DNA of 64,000 nucleotides from NCBI RefSeq assembly GCF_058153355.1, contig NZ_CM177019.1; one strand, 5' to 3'. Shown piece by piece: positions 56,571 to 64,000 of this stretch (position 1 is its first letter; each line of letters starts with the position of its first letter). The notes under the pieces were generated by a model. It saw only the letters and a program-made list of their open reading frames with translations, ran no database searches and was not told where the DNA came from. The position numbers and the translations under genes were made by a program.

Positions 56571-57773
56571 ATGCGCATCCTTCACACCTCAGACTGGCAC
56601 CTCGGCCAGAACTTCTACAGTAAAAGCCGCGAAGCTGAACACCAGGCCTTTCTTGACTGGCTGCTGGAAACAGCGCAAACCCATCAGGTGGATGCGATTA
56701 TTGTTGCCGGTGATGTTTTCGATACCGGATCACCGCCCAGTTACGCCCGCACGTTATACAACCGTTTTGTTGTCAATTTACAGCAAACGGGCTGTCATCT
56801 GGTGGTACTGGCAGGAAACCATGACTCGGTCGCCACGCTGAATGAATCGCGCGATATCATGGCGTTCCTCAATACTACCGTGGTCGCCAGCGCCGGACAT
56901 GCGCCGCAAATCTTGCCTCGTCGCGACGGGACGCCAGGCGCAGTGCTGTGCCCCATTCCTTTTTTACGCCCGCGTGACATTATTACCAGCCAGGCGGGGC
57001 TTAACGGTATTGAAAAACAACAACATTTGCTGGCGGCTATTACCGATTATTACCAACAACATTATGCCGATGCCTGCAAACTGCGCGGCGATCAGCCTCT
57101 GCCCATCATCGCCACGGGGCATTTAACGACCGTTGGTGCCAGCAAAAGTGACGCCGTGCGTGACATTTATATTGGCACGCTGGACGCCTTCCCGGCACAA
57201 AACTTTCCGCCAGCCGACTACATCGCGCTCGGGCATATTCACCGCGCACAGATTATTGGCGGCATGGAACATGTTCGCTATTGCGGTTCCCCCATTCCAC
57301 TGAGTTTTGATGAATGCGGAAAAAGTAAATATGTCCATCTGGTGACATTTTCAAACGGCAAATTAGAGAGCGTGGAAAACCTGAGCGTGCCGATAACGCA
57401 ACCGATGGCGGTACTGAAAGGCGATCTGGCGTCGATTACCGAACAGCTGGAACAGTGGCGCGATGTATCACAGGAACCACCTGTCTGGCTGGATATCGAA
57501 ATCACTACTGATGAGTATCTGCATGATATTCAGCGCAAAATCCAGGCATTAACTGAATCACTGCCTGTCGAAGTATTGCTGGTACGCCGCAGCCGTGAAC
57601 AGCGCGAGCGTGTGTTAGCCAGCCAACAGCGTGAAACCCTCAGCGAACTCAGCGTCGAAGAGGTGTTTAATCGTCGTCTCGCACTGGAAGAACTGGATGA
57701 ATCACAGCAGCAACGTCTGCAACATCTTTTCACCACGACGCTGCAGACCCTCGCCGGAGAACACGAAGCATGA
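56571..57773 (+). CDS. sbcD: SbcCD nuclease subunit D (Mre11-like)
   Basis: ORF 56529-57773; conserved start [13 protein letters not shown] at ATG 56571; TATAAT at 56534-56539. Confidence 0.93.
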   Translation: MRILHTSDWHLGQNFYSKSREAEHQAFLDWLLETAQTHQVDAIIVAGDVFDTGSPPSYARTLYNRFVVNLQQTGCHLVVLAGNHDSVATLNESRDIMAFLNTTVVASAGHAPQILPRRDGTPGAVLCPIPFLRPRDIITSQAGLNGIEKQQHLLAAITDYYQQHYADACKLRGDQPLPIIATGHLTTVGASKSDAVRDIYIGTLDAFPAQNFPPADYIALGHIHRAQIIGGMEHVRYCGSPIPLSFDECGKSKYVHLVTFSNGKLESVENLSVPITQPMAVLKGDLASITEQLEQWRDVSQEPPVWLDIEITTDEYLHDIQRKIQALTESLPVEVLLVRRSREQRERVLASQQRETLSELSVEEVFNRRLALEELDESQQQRLQHLFTTTLQTLAGEHEA

Positions 57774-60700
57774 AAATTCTCAGCCTGCGCCTGAAAAACC
57801 TGAACTCGTTAAAAGGCGAATGGAAGATTGATTTCACCCGCGAGCCGTTCGCCAGCAATGGGCTGTTTGCGATTACCGGCCCAACCGGCGCGGGGAAAAC
57901 CACCCTGCTGGATGCCATTTGCCTGGCGCTGTATCACGAAACTCCGCGCCTTTCTAACGTTTCACAATCGCAAAATGATCTAATGACCCGCGATACCGCC
58001 GAATGTCTGGCGGAAGTGGAGTTTGAAGTCAAAGGTGAAGCGTACCGTGCATTCTGGAGCCAGAATCGGGCGCGTAACCAGCCAGACGGTAATTTGCAGG
58101 TGCCGCGCGTAGAGCTGGCGCGCTGTACCGATGGCAAAATTCTCGCTGACAAAGTGAAAGATAAGCTGGAACTGACGGCGACGTTAACCGGACTGGATTA
58201 TGGGCGTTTCACCCGTTCGATGCTGCTTTCGCAGGGGCAATTTGCTGCCTTCCTGAATGCCAAACCAAAAGAACGCGCGGAATTGCTCGAGGAATTAACC
58301 GGCACCGAAATCTACGGGCAAATCTCTGCGATGGTCTTTGAGCAGCACAAATCGGCCCGCACTGAGCTGGAGAAACTGCAAGCGCAGGCCAGCGGCGTCG
58401 CGTTATTAGCGCCAGAACAAGTGCAATCGCTGACAGAAAGTTTGCAGGTACTCACTGTCGAAGAGAAACAGTTACTCGCCGCGCAGCAGCAAGAACAACA
58501 ATCGTTAAACTGGTTAACGCGTCTGGACGAATTGCAGCAAGAAGCCAGCCGCCGTCAGCAGGCATTGCAACAGGCGTTAGCCGAAGAAGAAAAAGCGCAA
58601 CCTCAACTGGCGGCGCTCAGTCTGGCACAACCGGCGCGAAATCTTCGTCCGCACTGGGAACGCATCGCAGAACACACTGCGGCACTGGCGCATACTCGCC
58701 AGCAGATTGAAGAAGTAAATACTCGCTTACAGCGCACAATGGCGCTTCGTGCGAGCATTCGCCACCACGCGGCGAAGCAGTCTGCAGAATTACATCAGCA
58801 GCAACAAAGCCTGAATGCCTGGTTACAGGAACACGACCGCTTCCGTCAGTGGAACAACGAACTGGCGGGTTGGCGTGCGCAATTCTCTCAACAAACCAGC
58901 GAACGCGAGCATCTGCGGCAGTGGCAGCAACAGTTAACCCATGCAGAGCAAAAACTTAATTCACTTCCGGCGATCTCGTTGACGTTAAGCGCCGATGAAG
59001 TTGCTAGCGCCCAGGCGCAACATGCTGAGCAACGCACGCTGCGTCAGCGCCTGGTCGCGCTGCATGGGCAGATTGTTCCCCAACAAAAACGCCTGGCGCA
59101 ATTACAGGTTGCTATCCAGAATGTCACGCAGGAACAGACGCAACGTAACGCCGCACTTAACGAAATGCGCCAGCGTTATAAAGAAAAAACGCAACAACTT
59201 GCCGATGTGAAAACCATTTGCGAGCAGGAAGCTCGTATCAAAACGCTGGAAGTTCAACGTGCGCAGTTACAGGCGGGTCAGCCTTGCCCACTTTGTGGTT
59301 CCACCAACCACCCGGCAGTAGAGGCGTATCAGGCACTGGAACCGGGTGTTAATCAGGCCCGCTTACTGACGCTTGAAAACGAAGTGAAAAAGCTCGGGGA
59401 GGAAGGCGCGGCGCTGCGCGGGCAACTGGATGCATTAACGAAGCAGCTTCAGCGCGATGAGAACGAAGCGCAAAGCCTCCGACAAGATGAGCAAGCACTT
59501 ACTCAACAGTGGCGAGCTGTCACAGCCAGCCTCAATATCACCTTGCAGCCACAGGACGACATTCAACCGTGGCTGGATGCACAAGATGAACATGAACGCC
59601 AGTTGCGGTTACTCAGCCAACGACATGAATTACAAGGGCAGATTGCTGCGCATAATCAACAAATTATCCAGTATCAACAGCAAATTGAACAACGCCAGCA
59701 GCAACTCTCTGCGGCATTAGCGAGTTACGCGCTGGCATTGCCACAGGAAAATGAAGAAGAGAGCTGGTTAGCGACACGTCAGCAAGAAGCGCAGAGCTGG
59801 CAACAGCGTCAGAACGAATTAACCACGCTGCAAAACCGTATTCAGCAACTGACGCCGATTCTGGATACGTTACCGCAAGGTGATGAGTTACCGCACAGCG
59901 AAGAAACAGTGGCACTGGAAAACTGGCGGCAAATTCATGAACAATGTCTCGCGTTACAAAGCCAGCAGCAAACGTTGCAGCAGCAAGGCGTTCTGGCGAC
60001 ACAAAGTCTGCAAAAAGCCCAGGCGCAGTTTGACACCGCGCTACAGGCCAGCGTCTTTGACGATCAGCAGGCGTTCCTTGCAGCACTGATGGATGAACAA
60101 ACACTAACGCAACTGGAACAGCTCAAACAGAATCTGGAAAACCAGCGCCGTCAGGCGCAAACGTTGACCGCTCAGACAGCAGAAACGCTGGCACAGCATC
60201 AGCAACACCGACCTGACGGCCTGGATCTCAGTGTGACGGTGGAGCAGATTCAGCAAGAGTTAGCGCAAACTCACCAAAAGTTGCGTGAAAACACCACCAG
60301 TCAGGGCGAGATTCGTCAACAGCTGAAACAGGATGCGGAAAACCGTCAGCAACAACAAACCTTAATGCAGCAAATTGCTCAAATGACGCAGCAGGTTGAG
60401 GACTGGGGATATCTGAATTCGCTAATAGGTTCCAAAGAGGGCGATAAATTCCGTAAGTTCGCCCAAGGGCTGACGCTGGATAATTTAGTCCATCTCGCTA
60501 ATCAGCAACTTACCCGGTTACACGGGCGCTATCTGTTACAGCGCAAAGCCAGCGAGGCGCTGGAAGTCGAGGTTGTTGATACCTGGCAGGCAGATGCGGT
60601 ACGCGATACCCGTACCCTTTCCGGTGGCGAGAGTTTCCTCGTCAGTCTGGCGCTGGCGCTGGCGCTTTCGGATCTGGTCAGCCATAAAACGCGTATTGAC

Positions 60701-60913
60701 TCGCTGTTCCTTGATGAAGGTTTTGGCACGCTGGATAGCGAAACGCTGGATACCGCCCTTGATGCGCTGGATGCCCTGAACGCCAGCGGCAAAACCATCG
60801 GTGTGATTAGCCACGTTGAAGCGATGAAAGAGCGTATTCCGGTGCAGATCAAAGTGAAGAAGATCAACGGACTAGGCTACAGCAAGCTGGAAAATGCATT
60901 TGCAGTGAAATAA
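57770..60913 (+). CDS. sbcC: SbcCD nuclease ATPase subunit C (Rad50-like)
   Basis: 1047 aa; Walker [10 protein letters not shown], long Gln-rich coiled coil with zinc hook CPLCGS, signature LSGGESF; ATGA overlap with sbcD. Confidence 0.96.
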   Translation: MKILSLRLKNLNSLKGEWKIDFTREPFASNGLFAITGPTGAGKTTLLDAICLALYHETPRLSNVSQSQNDLMTRDTAECLAEVEFEVKGEAYRAFWSQNRARNQPDGNLQVPRVELARCTDGKILADKVKDKLELTATLTGLDYGRFTRSMLLSQGQFAAFLNAKPKERAELLEELTGTEIYGQISAMVFEQHKSARTELEKLQAQASGVALLAPEQVQSLTESLQVLTVEEKQLLAAQQQEQQSLNWLTRLDELQQEASRRQQALQQALAEEEKAQPQLAALSLAQPARNLRPHWERIAEHTAALAHTRQQIEEVNTRLQRTMALRASIRHHAAKQSAELHQQQQSLNAWLQEHDRFRQWNNELAGWRAQFSQQTSEREHLRQWQQQLTHAEQKLNSLPAISLTLSADEVASAQAQHAEQRTLRQRLVALHGQIVPQQKRLAQLQVAIQNVTQEQTQRNAALNEMRQRYKEKTQQLADVKTICEQEARIKTLEVQRAQLQAGQPCPLCGSTNHPAVEAYQALEPGVNQARLLTLENEVKKLGEEGAALRGQLDALTKQLQRDENEAQSLRQDEQALTQQWRAVTASLNITLQPQDDIQPWLDAQDEHERQLRLLSQRHELQGQIAAHNQQIIQYQQQIEQRQQQLSAALASYALALPQENEEESWLATRQQEAQSWQQRQNELTTLQNRIQQLTPILDTLPQGDELPHSEETVALENWRQIHEQCLALQSQQQTLQQQGVLATQSLQKAQAQFDTALQASVFDDQQAFLAALMDEQTLTQLEQLKQNLENQRRQAQTLTAQTAETLAQHQQHRPDGLDLSVTVEQIQQELAQTHQKLRENTTSQGEIRQQLKQDAENRQQQQTLMQQIAQMTQQVEDWGYLNSLIGSKEGDKFRKFAQGLTLDNLVHLANQQLTRLHGRYLLQRKASEALEVEVVDTWQADAVRDTRTLSGGESFLVSLALALALSDLVSHKTRIDSLFLDEGFGTLDSETLDTALDALDALNASGKTIGVISHVEAMKERIPVQIKVKKINGLGYSKLENAFAVK

Positions 60914-61038
60914 CTATTCAGCAGGATAATGAATACAGAGGGGCGAATTATCTCTTGGCCTCACTGGTCGTTATCCTGCAAGCTATCACTTTATTGGCTA
61001 CGGTGATTGGTAGCCGTTCTGGTGGTTGTGATGGTGGT

Positions 61039-62223
61039 ATGAAAAAAGTTATTTTATCTTTGGCTCTGGGCACGTTTGGTTTGGGAATGGCCGAATTTGG
61101 CATTATGGGCGTGCTTACGGAGCTGGCACATAACGTAGGTATTTCGATTCCTGCCGCCGGGCATATGATCTCGTATTATGCGCTGGGGGTGGTGGTCGGT
61201 GCACCAATCATCGCACTCTTTTCCAGCCGCTACTCGCTCAAACATATCTTGTTGTTTCTGGTGGCGTTGTGCGTTATTGGCAATGCCATGTTCACGCTCT
61301 CTTCGTCTTACCTGATGCTCGCCCTTGGTCGTCTGGTATCCGGTTTTCCGCATGGCGCTTTTTTTGGCGTCGGGGCGATTGTGTTATCGAAAATTATCAA
61401 ACCCGGCAAAGTCACCGCCGCCGTGGCGGGGATGGTTTCGGGGATGACAGTTGCCAATTTGCTGGGCATTCCGCTGGGGACGTATTTAAGTCAGGAGTTT
61501 AGCTGGCGTTACACCTTTTTATTGATCTCTGTGTTTAATATCGCGGTGATGGCATCGGTCTATTTTTGGGTGCCGGATATTCGCGACGAGGCGAAAGGAA
61601 AGCTGCGCGAACAATTTCACTTTTTGCGCAGCCCGGCCCCGTGGTTAATTTTCGCTGCCACGATGTTTGGCAACGCGGGTGTATTTGCCTGGTTCAGCTA
61701 CGTAAAGCCATACATGATGTTTATTTCCGGTTTTTCGGAAACGGCGATGACCTTTATTATGATGTTAGTTGGGCTGGGGATGGTGTTGGGGAATGTGCTA
61801 AGTGGCCGGATTTCAGGACGTTATTCACCACTACGCATTGCGGCAGTGACTGATTTCATTATTGTGCTGGCATTGCTGATGCTCTTTTTCTTCGGCGGCA
61901 TGAAAACAACGTCGCTTATTTTTGCTTTTATTTGTTGCGCGGGATTATTTGCCCTCTCTGCACCGCTGCAAATATTGTTACTGCAAAATGCCAAAGGTGG
62001 AGAATTATTAGGTGCCGCAGGTGGGCAAATAGCGTTTAACCTCGGTAGCGCCGTCGGCGCATATTGCGGAGGTATGATGCTGACGCTGGGGCTGACTTAT
62101 AATTACGTGGCGCTGCCTGCCGCCCTGCTCTCGTTTGCTGCGATGTCGTCGTTGCTGCTGTATGGTCGCTATAAGCGCCAGCAAGCGGCGGATAGTCCGA
62201 TGCTGGCGAAACCACTGGGATAG
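61039..62223 (+). CDS. araJ: MFS transporter AraJ
   Basis: ORF 60955-62223; conserved start MKKVILSLALGTFGLGMAEFGIMGV at ATG 61039. Confidence 0.9.
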   Translation: MKKVILSLALGTFGLGMAEFGIMGVLTELAHNVGISIPAAGHMISYYALGVVVGAPIIALFSSRYSLKHILLFLVALCVIGNAMFTLSSSYLMLALGRLVSGFPHGAFFGVGAIVLSKIIKPGKVTAAVAGMVSGMTVANLLGIPLGTYLSQEFSWRYTFLLISVFNIAVMASVYFWVPDIRDEAKGKLREQFHFLRSPAPWLIFAATMFGNAGVFAWFSYVKPYMMFISGFSETAMTFIMMLVGLGMVLGNVLSGRISGRYSPLRIAAVTDFIIVLALLMLFFFGGMKTTSLIFAFICCAGLFALSAPLQILLLQNAKGGELLGAAGGQIAFNLGSAVGAYCGGMMLTLGLTYNYVALPAALLSFAAMSSLLLYGRYKRQQAADSPMLAKPLG

Positions 62224-62242
62224 GTTGCAGTCACTGCTTGTT

Positions 62243-62330
62243 GTCGGATGCGGCGCGAGCGTCTTATCCGACCTACGCGGGCTGCTCATTTTGTAGGCCT
62301 GATAAGACGCGGCAAGCGTCGCATCAGGCA
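62243..62330. repeat. REP/BIME palindromic repeat cluster (araJ-mak intergenic)
   Basis: GTCGGATGCGGCGCGAGCGTCTTATCCGACCTAC and TGTAGGCCTGATAAGACGCGGCAAGCGTCGCATCAGGCA. Confidence 0.85.
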
Positions 62331-62354
62331 TGATGCACCAATTGCCTGGTTTTT

Positions 62355-63263
62355 TTACTCTTGTGGCCATAACCACGCAGCGCCGCGTACGCCGCTGGAA
62401 TCACCATGTTTCGCCTTACGCACCGGCGTTTCACATTCGCCGCCGAAGACAAATTGTTTAATCAACTGCGGAACCGTTTGATATAAACGATCTACATTGC
62501 TCATCCCGCCCCCCAACACAATCACATCCGGATCGAGAATATTCACGACATGTGCCAGCGATTTTGCCAGCCGCAGCTCGTAACGACGCAATGCCAACTC
62601 CGCTACCGGATCGCTTTCTTCAACAAGGCGGATAATTTCACTACCTTTCAGCGCATGTCCGCTCAAACGATGATAATCCGTCGCAAATCCCGTACCCGAA
62701 ATAAAGGTTTCAATGCAGCCTTGTTTGCCGCAATAACAAGGGACTTCCTCGCGATAACGCAGTTCATCTTCGTCCATCCACGGTAGCGGATTGTGTCCCC
62801 ACTCGCCTGCCGTGCCATTGCCGCCGATATGCGCTCGACCATTGAACGCTACGCCCGCGCCGCATCCCGTGCCGATAATCACGGCAAATACCGTCTGCGC
62901 TCCCGCAGCTGCGCCATCTACCGCTTCCGAGACCGCCAGACAGTTGGCGTCATTTGCCAACCGCACTTCCCGTTGCAACCGCGCGCTTAAATCTTTATCA
63001 AATGGCTGACCGTTAAGCCAGGTTGAATTGGCATTTTTCACCACGCCAGTGTAAGGCGAAATCGAGCCTGGAATGCCCATGCCTACCGTTCCGCGCTGCC
63101 CTGTCGCCTGCTCCGCCATATCAACCAACGTGGCGATCGTTTCGATGGTCTGATGGTAATCATCACGCGGCGTGGGCAGACGATGACGATACAACTGCTC
63201 CCCTGCATCGCCCAGTGCAATCACTTCAGTTTTAGTGCCGCCTAAATCGATACCTATACGCAC
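62355..63263 (-). CDS. mak: fructokinase / manno(fructo)kinase, ROK family
   Basis: ORF 62355-63401; conserved N-terminus (V)[12 protein letters not shown] begins at GTG 63263, preceded by AAGGAGA. Confidence 0.88.
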   Translation of the reverse strand: MRIGIDLGGTKTEVIALGDAGEQLYRHRLPTPRDDYHQTIETIATLVDMAEQATGQRGTVGMGIPGSISPYTGVVKNANSTWLNGQPFDKDLSARLQREVRLANDANCLAVSEAVDGAAAGAQTVFAVIIGTGCGAGVAFNGRAHIGGNGTAGEWGHNPLPWMDEDELRYREEVPCYCGKQGCIETFISGTGFATDYHRLSGHALKGSEIIRLVEESDPVAELALRRYELRLAKSLAHVVNILDPDVIVLGGGMSNVDRLYQTVPQLIKQFVFGGECETPVRKAKHGDSSGVRGAAWLWPQE

Positions 63264-63387
63264 GGTACTCTCCTTATTTTTTTCAATATCAATAGCGTAG
63301 AGACGGACAACCGGATTGGCAATGCAAGGCCGCCGACAATTCGTTATCATGCCCGCTAAATTTAACGACAAGGCCGTGGAAATTATC

Positions 63388-64000
63388 ATGCTGTGGTTCA
63401 AAAATTTAATGGTTTACCGTCTTAGCCGCGAGATTTCGCTGCGTGCAGAAGAGATGGAAAAACAGCTAGCCTCGATGGCATTTACCCCATGCGGCAGCCA
63501 GGACATGGCGAAGATGGGCTGGGTTCCTCCGATGGGATCGCACAGCGATGCGTTAACGCACGTTGCCAATGGTCAAATTGTTATCTGCGCACGCAAAGAA
63601 GAAAAAATCCTCCCGTCTCCGGTGATTAAACAGGCGCTGGAAGCAAAAATCGCCAAGCTGGAAGCGGAACAGGCGCGCAAGCTGAAGAAAACCGAAAAAG
63701 ATTCGCTGAAAGATGAAGTGCTGCACTCTCTTCTGCCGCGCGCTTTCAGCCGTTTCAGCCAAACCATGATGTGGATCGACACGGTAAACGGTTTGATTAT
63801 GGTGGACTGCGCCAGTGCCAAAAAAGCAGAAGATACGCTGGCATTACTGCGTAAAAGCCTGGGGTCGTTACCGGTTGTACCATTGAGCATGGAAAACCCG
63901 ATTGAACTGACGCTGACCGAATGGGTACGCTCTGGTAGTGCGGCACAAGGCTTCCAGCTGCTTGATGAAGCCGAACTGAAATCGTTGCTGGAAGATGGCG
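63388..64000 (+). CDS. rdgC: recombination-associated protein RdgC, 5' part only (gene continues past window end)
   Basis: ATG at 63388 then [40 protein letters not shown]; open to window end. Confidence 0.88.

Overview
The window reads as a contiguous Escherichia coli (or very close relative) chromosomal segment, in reverse orientation relative to K-12 numbering, running cof - ybaE - queC - fadM - ybaV - ppiD - hupB - lon - clpX - clpP - tig - bolA - yajG - ampG - cyoABCDE - yajR - yajQ - panE - yajL - thiI - xseB - ispA - dxs - yajO - pgpA - thiL - nusB - ribH - ribD - nrdR - yajI - tsx - yajD - secF - secD - yajC - tgt - queA - acpH - malZ - proY - brnQ - phoR - phoB - sbcD - sbcC - araJ - mak - rdgC. 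Gene identities come from reading the supplied translations against remembered E. coli proteins; no search was run. Most start codons were moved inward from the ORF-track coordinates to the conserved N-termini. Three short AT-rich insertions sit between gene pairs that I recall as adjacent in K-12, and none carries an integrase, transposase, tRNA or flanking direct repeat that I can see. (1) cyoE|yajR, about 20.94-23.33 kb: a DUF1778/RHH antitoxin and GNAT toxin pair with twin palindromic operator candidates around its promoter, plus a convergent, overlapping secreted Sel1-repeat protein with an unassigned C-terminal domain. This is the most system-like candidate. (2) yajO|pgpA, 33.06-34.60 kb: a 511-aa pentapeptide-repeat protein without a signal peptide, resembling EspX-type orphan type III effector candidates. 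(3) acpH|malZ, 47.56-49.01 kb: a 481-aa orphan protein with a Lys/Glu-rich central tract and no family I can assign. Backbone non-coding elements include an ERIC repeat, REP clusters, the phoB Pho box and several terminators. No rRNA, tRNA, CRISPR array, IS element or prophage gene was recognised.
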